Assembly (NCBI RefSeq): GCF_963921235.1
Contig: NC_086097.1
Location: 65,350,001 to 65,414,000 of the forward strand
Direction: 5' to 3'
Length of the DNA: 64,000 nt
DNA from: Mobula hypostoma
Lineage: Eukaryota
Made by a program: the position numbers and the translations under genes. Below, in pieces: positions 27,015-39,412 of this stretch. A model generated the notes under the pieces. The model did not search any database, was not told the origin of the DNA, and worked only from the letters and a program-made list of their open reading frames with translations. The stretch's first letter is position 1, and the number at the start of each line of letters is the position of its first letter.

Positions 27015-27910
27015 GGAGGGACGGGTTAGTAAATTTGCTGATGACACAAAGGTTGGGGGTGTTGTGGATCATGTGGAGGGCTGTCAGAGGTTACAGGAGG
27101 ACATCGATAGGATGCAAAACTAGGCTGAGATGTGGCAGATAAGTGTGAGGTGGTTCAGTTTGGTAGGTCAAATCTGATCGCAGAATATAATATTAATGGT
27201 AAGACTCGACAGTGTGGAGGATCAGAGGGATCCTGGGGTCCGAGTCCACAGGACACTCAAAGTTGCTGCGCAGGTTGACTCTGTGCTTAAGAAGGCATAT
27301 GGTGCATTGGCCTTCATCAATCATGGGATTGAGTTTTAGAGCCAAGAGGCAATGTTACAGCTATATCAGACCCTGGTCAGATCCCACTTGGAGGACTGTG
27401 CTCAGTTCTGGTCACCTCACTATGGATATGGAAACTATAGAAAGAGAAGATTTACAAGGATGTTGCCTGGATTGGGGAGCACACCTTATGAGAATAGGTT
27501 AAGTGAACTCCGCATTTCTCCTTGGAGCAGTAGAGGAAGAGAGGTGACCTGATAGAGGTGTATAAGATGATGAGAGGCATTGATCGTGTGGATAGTCAGA
27601 AGCTTTTTCCCAGGGCTGAAATGGCTAACATGAGAGGGCACAGTTTTAAGGTGCTTGGAAGTAGGTACAAAGGAGATGTCAGGGGTAAGTTTTTTTATGC
27701 AGAGAATGGTGAGTGCGTGGAATGGGCTGCTGGCAACTATGGTGGAGGCAGATATGATAGGGTTTTTTAGGAGACTCCTGAATACGTACTTGAAGCTTAG
27801 AAAAATAAAGGGCTATGGGTAACCCTAGGTAATTTCTAAAGTAAGCACATGTTCAGCACAGCATTGTGGGCCAAAGGGCCTGTATTGTGCCGTAGGTTTT
27901 CTATGCTTCT
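27015..27910 (+). mobile_element. CR1 LINE 3' fragment
   Basis: KFADDTK motif at ~27030 and C-terminal ORF fragments 27352-27770. Confidence 0.9.
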
Positions 27911-29565
27911 TCAAGTCCTAAGCAATGGAACATTACCATGGAATTCTCTGATTTTGTCATTTTTTGCACTAATATCTTGTTTTCGCAGTTATGTTTTTCT
28001 TTTCAGTGGTTTATGTAATTTATATTCTTTGTCGATGAAGATTCTCAACCTGAAATATTGACTGTCCATTTCCCTCCATAGATGCTGCCTGACCTGCTGA
28101 GTTCCTCCAGCATTGTGCATTGCTTTATATTCTGTATGCTGTCTGTAGCTACATGCTTACAATACTGCTGTCTGCACTCACATCATTACAATTTCATTGT
28201 ACTTGTACCTCACCATATTTGTACACGACAATAAAGTCAACTTAAAATTAATCTGTTCTGTTAAAGATGACCATACTCCAGAATCCATATCACTCAGCCT
28301 CAGTAGTCAAGCTACAGTACGCAAATGCAGCCTGTGCTTATGCAAGTTCAAAAATCTATTCCCAAGCCATTGTAAATGGGAGCTAGGTTTTGTACTCAAC
28401 TTCCACTAGATCAAAGTCCTTTATAAGCACTTGAATGGGTGTATTAACAGAGTTAATGGCTTTTCCCATGGGGATTTAAACATCATAAAATGGCCACAGC
28501 CAATGACAGGAACAGTGATGGGAAATCTGTCAGAGGATTCATGACTCTGCCTGATGGGAAACAGACAACGTACCAAGAGAGATGCCCAAGAACAGGATAC
28601 ATCCAGTGCTCAAAAAAATACACACATCTGTTCCTGGCAATGATCCTGCTTGCATTGTGAACACTTGGAAAGGAATTAAAGCAATCTGTCTCAATGTGAG
28701 TGTCATGATATTGCAGACTTTTGCAATGATACCTCCATCCATGGAAAGGGGATTGACATCAGCATGGGGCGTCAAATGTGACCATCGCATGAATACATCC
28801 AGCTGTTTATGAAAGTTGTTAACTATAAAGGGCACCTCAAACAAGATGATCGATACCTACCCTTAGTTATTCCATTAAACTGCAAAAAATTCAGCAGCTC
28901 AGTTTTGAATTTGAGAATCTCCTGAAAAAAAAATATAATGGCAAGAGGGGACATTGAAGAGGAAGCTCTGCTTAAAGCAGTTCTATCCTTGTGTCAGAGA
29001 AGGAAACCACAAGACAACATCAATCTTAATTGGAGAGTACAGAAGCAGAAATGGACATGAAGGAATTTGAAAACAAGTAAGACACTTTGCCAAATTGAGA
29101 AACTACACTACATTGCAAACAATAGTGCAGATGTTTGAACAAAATTTGGTTTAATTTAAAATATGGCAGCAAAGTTTTGAACCTTTGAAGTTTTGGATAA
29201 GCTTACATTTATGTGAATGACTGTCGAATATTTGAATCCAAAGGAGATACAGAGTTAACCAGAATGATAGACATGGAAATTGTCAACGATGGGAATTGTG
29301 GTAAGAGTTTCGTCCAAAAGGTAAAATGCAACATCAAGGCTGATCTGATTTGTTACACAGTGTCAAGTCTCCTGAGTATTATTTCAGTGATATTGCAAAA
29401 TCATCAGAGAACTGATCCACTCCTAACATTAGGATGAAGTTTTCAATAACACAGCTGAATCTTCAGAAGATTTGACTGAGGGTGGAGCAGACTTTCCCAT
29501 ATTTGAACTCATGCTGTTTCACAGATGCACAAATTTGATGCCAAAATAATTGGAGTTTTCATATG

Positions 29566-29855
29566 GGCATGGAGGTAGCATAGTGGTTAGTGCAACACTA
29601 TTACAGCTTGGGGCTTTGGAATTCAGAGTTCAATCCTGGCTTCCTCTGTTTGGAGTTTGTACATCCTCCCTGTGGAATGTGTGGGTTTCCTCCAAGTGCT
29701 CTAGTTTTTTCCCACAGTCCAAGCTATACCAGTTCGTAGGTTAATTGGTCTTTACAAGTTGTCCCATGATTAGGTTGAGGTTAAATCAGTGGGTTGCTGG
29801 TGGCATAGCTCGAAGGGCCAGAAAGGCCTATTCTATACTGTATTTCTAAATAAAT
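29566..29855 (+). mobile_element. V-SINE (HE1-like)
   Basis: tRNA head (tagcatagtggtt...gagttcaatcc) and V-domain ggagtttgtacatcctccctgtg...gggtttcctccaagtgctctagttttttcccacagtccaa. Confidence 0.75.
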
Positions 29856-30115
29856 TTTTAAAAAATGTGTAGACAGCATAGATGGGAATAAAAGTTCTGT
29901 CCAACTGTTTTAATAAAAATATTAAAAATCAAGGCATTTTAAAAAGATTAAGGTGGTTAAATTATATCAAGTTACTTTGGAATACCTGATATTGCAGATA
30001 TTTCATTTTTTAAAATTAAGACAAAAGTACTTTAATAAATACTAATTTATTTAATATTATGACTTAATAAGTCCATTAATGTAAGATGTGCTTTAAAAAT
30101 AGCTCACTTTTATAC

Positions 30116-30262
30116 AACACACACAAAATGCTGGAGGAACTCAGCAGGCCAAGCAGCATCCATGGAAAAGAGTACATTTGATGTTTCAGGCCAAAACATT
30201 TCCTTCAGCATTTTGTACGTGTTGCTCAGATTTTCAACATCTGCAGATTTTCTCTTGTTTGT
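30116..30262. mobile_element. Collapsed head-to-head pair of PLE tails
   Basis: Minus-strand tail (aaaatgctggaggaactcagcagg...gtttcaggcc) joined directly to a plus-strand tail (cagcattttg...catctgcagattttctcttg). Confidence 0.7.
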
Positions 30263-30496
30263 GGCTCCATTTTATATGTGGTTATCAATGAACTTTCCAC
30301 AAATAACATGGATTTTCCATGAAACAGTGACAGCATATTGAGGTGCCAATATGGAATGTTCTTAAGAGCAGATATTATAATCAGATAATTTATTTTAACT
30401 CTCAAATTTGATGTTTAGAGTTTTGTGCACCAGAACAAGGGATGGCAAATCATGGATTTGCTTATTTTCTACAATCCACATACAGTAACATGGTTT

Positions 30497-30705
30497 CAGT
30501 CAGTCAGTCAGTGGGTGACATCCTGAATCCGGGGTTGGCAGCTATGCACCTCCAGCTTCTTCGATCTTGCGACAGCACCGAGTACAGCCTCTCCTCCAGT
30601 TTGTTCTTGCTGGCCGCCGATGACCCCGATGACGTACCTACCCTCCTTGTCACCACTCCAAGCCTACCGCTAACATCGAGAATGCCGACTTACCATAGGG
30701 ATTGA
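30497..30705 (-). mobile_element. RTE-like 3' end fragment
   Basis: Minus strand reads SQDRRSWR, an RTE-type C-terminal motif, then an (actg)n tail; CpG-rich. Confidence 0.5.
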
Positions 30706-31871
30706 AACATCAAGTCCTAGTAGCTCTCCTGCATGTCTGGTCTCATTGACCTGTACTGCCCTCCATAGCTTTCCCATCCATGTACCCGTTCAAATTTCAC
30801 TTAAGTTTTGAAATTGAACCTGCATCCAGCACTTCTGCTGGCAGCTCGTTCCACACTCTTACCACCCTCAGAATGAAGAAGGTCCCCGTCATGTTTCCCT
30901 TAAACATTTCACCTTTCACCCTTAACCCACAACTTCCAGTTCTTGCCTCTCCCAACCTCAGCTGAAAAAAAGCCTGCTTGCATTTACCCTCCCTACACCC
31001 CTCATAATTTTTTATACCTCTATCAAATCTCCCCTTATGCTCCTACACTCTTGGGATTAAAGAATTAATCTATTCAAACTTTCCCTATCCTGGCAACATA
31101 CTTGTAAATTTTCTCTGAACACTTTCAATCTTGTTGACACCTTTCCTGGAGGTAGGTGATGAGAACTGCACCCAGTATACTACATTAGTCATCATCAAAG
31201 TCTTATGTAACTTCAACATAACATCCCAACTCCTGTACTCAATACTTTGATTTATGAAGGCCAATGTTCCAGAAGCTTTATTTATGACCTTATCTACTAG
31301 TGAGACCACTTTCAAGGAATTATGGATATGCATTCCCAGATCCTTCTGTTCTACCACACTCCTTGGTGCCCTACCACTCACCATGTATGTCCTACCCTGG
31401 TTTGTCCACCTAAAGTGCAGCATCTCACACCTCTCTGTATTAAATTCCAGCTGCCATTTTTAAGCCCATTTTTCCAGCTGGCCCAGATCCCACTGGAAGC
31501 TTAAATAGTCTTCCTTGCTGTCCACTACACCCCCAATCTTGGTCATCTGCAAATTTTCTGATCTAGTTTACCACATTATCATCCAGATCGTTGATATAGA
31601 TGATAAACAACAATGGACTCAGCACCAATCCTGGCTGCACACCATTAGTCACAGGCCTCCAGCCAGAGAGGCAACCATCTACTACCACTCTCTGGCTTCT
31701 CCCACAAAGCTAATGTCTAATCCAATTAACTACTTCATTTTGAATGCCATGCAACTGAACATTCTTGAGCAAGCAAACAACAGGAATTCTGCAGATGCTG
31801 GAAATTCAAGCAACATACATCAAAGTTGCTGGTGAACGCAGCAGGCCAAGCAGCATCTATAGGAAGAGGTG

Positions 31872-31909
31872 CAGTCGACGTTTCAGGCCGAGACCCTTCG
31901 TCAGGACTA
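31872..31909 (-). ncRNA. Minimal type I hammerhead ribozyme motif
   Basis: Minus strand tagtc-CTGACGA-agggtctcggcct-GAAA-cGTC-gactg; core and stems intact. Confidence 0.8.
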
Positions 31910-32201
31910 ACTGAAGGAAGAGTGAGTAAGGGATTTGAAAGCTGGAGGGGGAGGGGGAGATCCAAAATGATAGGAGAAGACAGGAGGGGGAGGGATAGAG
32001 CCGAGAGCTGGACAGGTGATAGGCAAAAGGGGATACGAGAGGATCATGGGACAGGAGGTCCGGGAAGAAAGATGGGGGGGGGTGACCCAGAGGATGGGCA
32101 AGAGGTATATTCAGAGGGACAGAGGGAGAAAAAGGAGAGTGAGAGAAAGAATGTGTGCATAAAAATGAGTAACAGATGGGGTACGAAGGGGAGGTGGGGC
32201 C

Positions 32202-32897
32202 TTAGCGGAAGTTAGAGAAGTTGATGTTCATGCCATCAGGTTGGAGGCTACCCAGACGGAATATAAGGTGTTGTTCCTCCAACCTGAGTGTGGCTTCATC
32301 TTTACAGTAGAGGAGGCCGTGGATAGACATGTCAGAATGGGAATGGGATGTGGAATTAAAATGTGTGGCCACTGGGAGATCCTGCTTTCTCTGGCGGACA
32401 GAACGTAGATGTTCAGCAAAGCGGTCTCCCAGTCTGCGTCGGGTCTCACCAATATATAAAAGGCCACATCGGGAGCACCGGACGCAGTATATCACCCCAG
32501 TCGACTCACAGGTGAAGTGATACCTCACCTGGAAGGACTGTTTGGGGCCCTGAATGGTGGTAAGGGAGGAAGTGTAAGGGCATGTGTAGCACTTGTTCCG
32601 CTTACACGGATAAGTGCCAGGAGGGAGATCAGTGGGGAGGGATGGGGGGGACGAATGGACAAGGGAGTTGTGTAGGGAGCGATCCCTGCGGAATGCAGGG
32701 GGGGGGGAGGGAAAGATGTGCTTAGTGGTGGGATCCCGTTGGAGGTGGCGAAAGTTACGGAGAATAATATGTTGGACCCGGAGGCTGGTGGGGTGGTAGG
32801 TGAGGACCAGGGGAACCCTATTCCTAGTGGGGTGGTGGGAGGATGGAGTGAGAGCAGATGTACGTGAAATGGGGGAGATGCGTTTAAGAGCAGAGTT
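32202..32897 (-). pseudogene. PLE ORF C-terminus: Cys-rich linker + GIY-YIG endonuclease
   Basis: PCKRNKCYTC...VIYCVRCSRCGLLYIGETRRRLGDRFAEH...VATHFN...LEEQHLIFRLGSLQPDGMN. Confidence 0.9.
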
Positions 32898-32957
32898 GGT
32901 GGGGTGGTAGGTGAGGACCAGGGGAACCCTATTCCTAGTGGGGTGGTGGGAGGATGG

Positions 32958-33651
32958 AACTCTGCTCTTAAACACATCTCCCCCATTTCACGTACATCTG
33001 CTCTCACTCCATCCTCCCACCACCCCACTAGGAATAGGGTTCCCCGGTCCTCACCTACCACCCTACCAGCCTCCGGGTCCAACATATTATTCTCCGTAAC
33101 TTCCGCCACCTCCAACGGGATCCCACCACTAAGCACATCTTTCCCTCCCCCCCCACTCTGCATTCCGCAGGGATCGCTCCCTACACAACTCCCTTGTCCA
33201 TTCATCCCCCCCATCCCTCCCCACTGATCTCCCTCGCACTTATCCGTGTAAGCGGAACAAGTGCTACACATGCCCTTACACTTCCTCCCTTACCACCATT
33301 CAGGGCCCCAAACAGTCCTTCCAGGTGAGGCATCACTTCACCTGTGAGTCGACTGGGGTGATATACTGCGTCCGGTGCTCCCGATGTGGCCTTTTATATA
33401 TTGATGAGACCCGATGCAGACTGGGAGACCGCTTTGCTGAACATCTACGCTCTATCCGCCAGAGAAAGCAGGATCTCCCAGTGGCCACACATTTTAATTC
33501 CACATCCCATTCCCATTCTGACATGTCTATCCACGGCCTCCTCTACTGTAAAGATGAAGCCACACTCAGGTTGGAGGAACAACACCTTATATTCCGTCTG
33601 GGTAGCCTCCAACCTGATGGCATGAACATCCACTTCTCTAACTTCCGCTAA
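32958..33651 (+). pseudogene. PLE GIY-YIG C-terminus, mirror copy with frameshifts
   Basis: ORF 33325-33651 carries the same domain (YIG changed to YID). Confidence 0.88.
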
Positions 33652-33945
33652 GGCCCCACCTCCCCCTCGTACCCCATCTGTTACTCATTTTTATGCACAC
33701 ATTCTTTCTCTCACTCTCCTTTTTCTCCCTCTGTCCCTCTGAATATACCTCTTGCCCATCCTCTGGGTCACCCCCCCCCTTGTCTTTCTTCCCGGACCTC
33801 CTGACCCATGATCCTCTCGTATCCCCTTTTGCCTATCACCTGTCCAGCTCTCGGCTCTATCCCTCCCCCTCCTGTCTTCTCCTATCATTTTGCATCTCCC
33901 CCTCCCCCTCCAGCTTTCAAATCCCTTACTCACTCTTCCTTCAGT

Positions 33946-33983
33946 TAGTCCTGACGAAGGGTCTCGGCGTGAAACGTCCACTG
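33946..33983 (+). ncRNA. Minimal hammerhead motif with stem mutations
   Basis: tagtc-CTGACGA-agggtctcggcgt-GAAA-cGTC-cactg; one mismatch each in stems I and II. Confidence 0.7.
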
Positions 33984-34223
33984 CACCTCTTCCTATAGAT
34001 GCTGCTTGGCCTGCTGCGTTCACCAGCAACTTTGATGTATATTCTTGAGCAAGCACCTGTGTGGGACCTTGTCAAAGGCCTTACTAAAGTCCATGTAAAT
34101 AGCATTCACTGCCTTACCTTCATAAGCATTAGTGGTAACTCTATAAGGTACAAGGCTAGTTAGACATTGAGAAATTGGATATTTCAACACAATTCCTTAC
34201 TAAATAGTTTGCTAAAACATGCT

Positions 34224-35080
34224 TGTTACTTCTTACATACACCTGTTAGGGTGCATTCTCCAGATACCTTATAAGGTAACCATAGCCTTCAGCCAGAAGC
34301 AGATGTCATCAGGTGGTTCCCAACCTTCACAGAGTGTTTCTACCCTCAACCATGACACTCTCCAGCTGGTGGGCCGGCAGTGGTGGCCAAATCACTGTCC
34401 ATCTGCTCCTGGCTTCCAGCTTCCCTCCTCTCGCCTACTCCAAATCCAACAAGAGGCTCGTTCTGCCTCTTCCCCCATCCTACAAGCTGCTTGTTTTTTG
34501 TTCCCTTCATCCAGGCCCAGAGCTGACAACAACCGCCATGCTGAATTGGCTGGAAAACCTCTGCTGCCAATCTCCACAGGGAACAACCATGCCTGCCACC
34601 CCTTGTCTTTGCACTCCTGCACTAAGGGCTGGTACTTCAAGGCCTTTCTCTCGTCGGCCTCTTCCCATCCCTCCTCCCACGGCACAGTCAGCTCAGCCAG
34701 AATTACTTTCCTGTCTTCAGTTGACCACAGTATAATGTCCGGGCGTAGGGTTGTGTGCACCACATCCAGGAACTGCAGCCTCCTTCCCACATCGACACTC
34801 ATCTCCCAGAACCTGGCCGTTAGCAGCAGATTGGGCTTTGGTTGTCTGGTTACAAAAGGCCTGGCTCCCTCTTTGATGAAGTTGATGGCCTTCCTCAAAT
34901 CTGTGCCAGCCATCCTCTTCTTGCATCTCTCCCGCTCTAGTGTGTCAGCAAGAGCCAGAAGCACCTCATCATGGCGCCACCTATACCGTCCTTGAGTTAG
35001 AGCTGTTTTACACCCGGACAGTATATGAGCCAGTGTCCCCTTTTGACCACAGAGCTTACAGTTCGGGTCCTCTTTCCTAT
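34224..35080 (-). mobile_element. Second HERO/R2-group-type RLE retrotransposon, 3' fragment
   Basis: CKLC...LAHILSGC zinc knuckle; ORF 34392-34964 has LRPDIILWS...AELTVPWE...PVEIGSRGF; possible TSD catgct (34218-34223 / 35081-35086). Confidence 0.88.
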
Positions 35081-35769
35081 CATGCTCTCAGAATTCATAT
35101 ATCTCATTGCAGCCAATTAAATTTACCTACTAGACATTCCTGGCTTCTGGTAGCTTATTCAGTGGCTGCATAGTGTGTCAATGGATGGTACAGACATTGA
35201 CCTGTTACTTACAATTTCAACAACACCCAAGAATTAAGGTGTCAGACATTCCTGAAATGATCTGCGACCAGAGGAAGACTTTGCCCACACAGGATGTACC
35301 AACGCAGGGTATGTGAAAGGTTAGTCGCAGGAGCTGGAAATCAGACGTAGGAATGGGATGGCACCAATGATAGGACATTCAATCAGTAATTTGGGGAGGA
35401 GGGACATGAGTAATGAGATAGAAGCCTGCAATGATTGGTAGATGGGGTAAGCAGTGAGAGAGTTGTAAACATGCAAATTGTGATTTGGGGGGGGCTCTAT
35501 GAATTTGGGAAGGTATCATTTTGGGGCCAGATCAGGGGGATTGTGCAGTGATTCTGAGCCTATTGGGTAGAAGCAGATGGAATAAAGATATCAATTATAT
35601 GGCTGTAGGTGAAAGATTTGGAGGCTGGAAAAGAGAGCTGGTAAGTAAATCCGACTACTGAAGAGTATGCTAGCGGTACTAAAAAAAAATAAGAGCTAGC
35701 CTGGCTTATGCGAGAACGCCTTAGAAAATAATGCAACCACCGCCTGCATTCGGCAATAGTTCAACAATA

Positions 35770-36830
35770 TTCAGATTAATGAGTGGCAAGTAACATTAAC
35801 CAAAGAAGTGTCAGGCAATATCTATTTCCAATGAGAGAGAGTCTTTCCAACAACCTTTGACATTCAATAGCATTATTATTGTCCTCTGTCAATATTCCAA
35901 AAACTACTGTTTGGAAAGTCAGCTGGCCCAGCCACATGAGTACTATGGTTACATGAGGAGGTCAGAAAATGGGTATCCTGCAGTTTGTGAGTCACCCGTT
36001 GACATCTGGCAATCTTTCACCATGTAAGAGCCACACTGCAGGAAAGCAATGGAATATTCTCCACTCGCCCGGATGAATACAACACTAAAGCCTGGTTTAT
36101 ACTTCTGCATTAACTGGATGCCATAACCTACGCAAGTGGCCTACGCGCGTTGTGAGCATTTATACTTGTGCGTTGGTGCGTCTGCGTCGCTCGGCAATTC
36201 TCACATGTCACGCATGTCACTCATGCGCATTCACCTGCCCGCACAAGGCTTCATGGTCATGGTAGTCTCGGGGTAAACGAGACGCGAGCGTCTTTATTCG
36301 TCTGAAATGTGTCCTCCATAATTTAGGAGGTCTGTAAAGCTTCACGGAAAGCATTGCAGCCAGAGTCCCTTCCCTGCCCTTCAGTCACCCAATGGGAAGC
36401 TACTGCAGCGTAGGATGACATGCAATGCTACTATGCGGACCAATCACAGTTGTTGCGTTCTGCGTTGCCGTGACGCGCGATTACATTTTGGGAGAGATGT
36501 GCGTCGCAGCACGGCAAGTCCTCGTGTAGGGTTCCACATCGGCTTTGCGTAGGGTTTGCAGCGATGCAGACCTTACGGCGACGCGTTGACGCAGAAGTAT
36601 AAACCAGGCTTAACAGCTATCAAGAACCCCAACACCATTCAGTAAAATGTAACTCACTTCATTAGCACTACATCAACCATGATACATGTCCATTCCCTCT
36701 GCCTGCAGAGTGGATCATCAACAAATTGGACTGCAATGACTCACCCAGGCTATTCCAACAGCACCTTCCAAATCGCTATCACCAGGTTGGACAAGGACGG
36801 CAAACACATGGAAACACAGGGTCCACAAGG
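35770..36830 (+). mobile_element. Old LINE (L2/CR1 group) remnant hosting the MITE
   Basis: ggaatattctccactcgcccggatg...caagaaccccaacaccattcag and acagcaccttccaaa motifs are continuous across the MITE. Confidence 0.55.
36089..36610. mobile_element. PIF/Harbinger-type MITE (522 bp)
   Basis: Perfect 20-bp TIR agcctggtttatacttctgc / gcagaagtataaaccaggct; TAA TSD at 36086-36088 and 36611-36613; CpG-rich, non-coding. Confidence 0.9.
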
Positions 36831-37644
36831 TCCTCTTTAAACAACATAACATCTGATCTTAGAAAAAAATATTGTAAATTCCTAACCAGCACTACAGTGC
36901 CAGAATTGTTACTAGGACTGCAGTGATTTAAGGAAGGCATTTTGGGATCACCAACCACTGGTGACAAAAGCCAGGTCGTAAAAATGAATTTATAAAAAAT
37001 GGATGTTGAATGCAGAACAATATCATCATGGGATATCCAATGCAGAAATGAAACATCATGAGCAAATGAGATTTTTGACAGAAAGTGCCTAGTCAAATTT
37101 CCTGAAACTGCAATACCATTGTAATCATAGTCCAATTTGGAAAATGCCAAACTTCACAGACTAGCATTGGGGAGAAGAAAGCTACATGATCAAATTTCTA
37201 AGCCACCCTTTAAACCAAACCAGAATTAAAGCCTAGTTATACAGAAAGGCCACCCAAGTGTTTTATATCTTAAGCTGTGCATAATCAAGTTGATTTAATT
37301 TCTGATGTCATGTATGTTTGTTTTAGTTTTTTTTTAAATTTTGCACTTTAACATGTTAATCAATTTTTTGTTTAGAATTTGTTTCATTATTTCTTCATGC
37401 CAGAAATATTCTTTCTTGATATGGTGGAACTTTCCTTAAACATGACAAGTAAGCATAACTTGAAGAAAATATAGATAATTTACTAGAATGAATAGGCACA
37501 AGATGAATAAAATACAGAAAAAAAACATAGTAAGCACAATAATGATTAAATAATATAATTCCAAAAAGAATAGAAAAACACAGAAACTTAAATGTTTATG
37601 AGCATAATTGAGAACACAGTTAATTAAGCAGATGGAACCAAAAG

Positions 37645-38020
37645 TTTTATAAATAGAGGCCTAAACTATAAAGATAAGGAAGCTAAGTTAGATCTTCATA
37701 AAATGCTGTTTAAGCCACAATTAGAATATTGATCTGATTCTAGTCAGTATACTTCAGTAAGATATGAAGGCTCTCCAGAAGGTGAAGAGATTCATTAGAA
37801 TTGTTCCAGAGATGACAGATTTCAGTGATCTGAGAGAGTAGAAAAATTTATGGTCATTCTTCTCTTAGCTGATACGATTGAGAGGTTTACTGGAAACATA
37901 CAAAAATCAGCACAGTTTTATTAGACAAGGGTAATTAGGGGAAAAAAAAACTACTTCCATTGCTGGAAAGGTTCAGAACCAAAGGGCTCAGATTTGAAAT
38001 GATCAGCAAAAAAATCGAGG
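37645..38020 (+). mobile_element. Highly decayed CR1 3' fragment
   Basis: aagccacaattagaatat...agattcattagaattgttccag...gaggtttactggaaacatacaaaa follows the CR1 C-terminal pattern. Confidence 0.55.
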
Positions 38021-38049
38021 GGGAAAAAAAGAGTAATAAACAGCAATGA

Positions 38050-39412
38050 GCGATGAGCGATGCAATAAACTGGCATGAAACAGCACATCCTGATGCCTTC
38101 CCTATTATTTTGAGGGATTTTAACCAGGTCAGCTTGATAATTATTGCCAATAAATCACTTTTAATACCAGAGGAATGAACATACTGGACCACTGTCACAC
38201 TACCGTGAAGAGAATTTACTGTGCTATCCCACGCCCACACTTTGGAAAGTCTGAACATCTGGCTGTACTTCTACTTCCTGAGTTTAAGCAGAGACTGAAG
38301 ACTGTAGCACCAGTAGAGAGGACCAAAAAGGTATGGACCAGGGAGGCACAGGAACACTTACAGGACTGCTTTGAATTGGTAGACTGGACTGTATGCAGGG
38401 ATTCATCTTTGAGTCTGAATGAATATGCCTCAGCTGACCTGTGTGGATGAGTGTGTGCCTACGAGAACATACTGTACATACTCAAATCTAAAGCTGTGGA
38501 TGAACCAGGAGGTTTGTACTCTGCTGAGGGCCAGATCTGTGGCATTTTGGAATCCTGAGACTATACAAGAAAACAAGATATGACTTACGGAGGGCTACTT
38601 CAAGGGCAAAGAAAGAATTTTGAATGAGGTTGGAGGTGGAATCAGATATCTGTCAACTCTGGCAGCGATTGCATGCCATTATGTCCTACAAGGCAAAACT
38701 TAACATCATGAATGGCAGTGACGCTTCACTCCCAGATGAGCTCAACGCCTTTTATGCATGCTTTGAAAGGGAGAATAAAACTACAGCTATGAGAATCCCT
38801 GCAGCACCTGGTGACCCTGTGATCTCTGTCTCAGAGGCCGACAGCAGTTTGTCTTTCAAGAGGTTGAACCTTTGCAAGGTGACAAGCCCCGACAGAGTAC
38901 CTGGTAGGGCTCTGAAAACCTGTACCAACCAACTGGCGGGCATCACTCATTGCTATAGTTAAAAGTTCCCACCTGCTTCAAAGGCGAACAAGTATACCAG
39001 TGTCCTAGAAGAGAAGGGTGAGCTGCCTTAATGACCATCATTCAGTAGCACTCACATGTACAGTGATGAGGTGTTTTCAGGCGTTGGTTTTGGCTAAAAT
39101 TAACTCCTGTCTCAGGAAGGAACTGGGCACACTGCAATTTGCCTACCTCCACAATAGGTCTATGGCTGACGTGAACTCATTGGTTCTTCGTGTGCCTTTG
39201 GATCACCTGGACAATACAAATACCTATGTCAGGAGGCTGTTCATTGACTACAGCTCAACACTTAACACAATCATTCCGACAGTTCTTAACAAAAAGCTCC
39301 AAAACCTGGTCCTCTGTACCTCACTCTGTAACTGGATCCTGGCCTTCCTAACCGGAAGACCATAATCTGTGCCGATTAGAAATAACATCTCCACCTCACT
39401 GACAATCAACAC
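38050..39412 (+). mobile_element. Rex1/Babar LINE fragment (endonuclease end + RT)
   Basis: TRG.NILDHC.T, FGKSEH, SLPDELNAFYA.FE, SCLND...VALT, LQFAY, LFIDYSS.LNTI motifs. Confidence 0.88.

Larger units (their letters stand above)
31776..34040. mobile_element. Penelope-like element in head-to-head palindromic form with 15-bp TSD
   Basis: Left arm 31776-32897 (-), spacer 32898-32957, right arm 32958-34040 (+); TSD attcttgagcaagca at 31761-31775 and 34041-34055. Confidence 0.93.
30740..34170 (-). mobile_element. Decayed CR1 LINE interrupted by the PLE palindrome
   Basis: ORF 31085-31423 is CR1-like; CR1 sequence resumes after 34055 (tgtgggaccttgtcaaaggcc). Confidence 0.8.

Noticed and set aside
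28539..28844. Short ORFs in unique sequence (also 20629-20841, 57469-57744, 61685-61997)
   Set aside because: No recognisable motif or convincing splice-site pair
29566..29640. Functional tRNA gene
   Set aside because: It is a SINE head followed by a V-domain, with no full cloverleaf
31826..32215. Recurring ORF MLVNAAGQAAS...GRDPSSGLTEG (also 33691, 55674, 62865)
   Set aside because: Antisense reading of the PLE 3' UTR; it recurs only because the repeat recurs
35250..35650. Purine-rich segment, possibly an old PLE remnant (also 40360-40720, 60550-61000)
   Set aside because: Too degenerate to assign family or boundaries by eye
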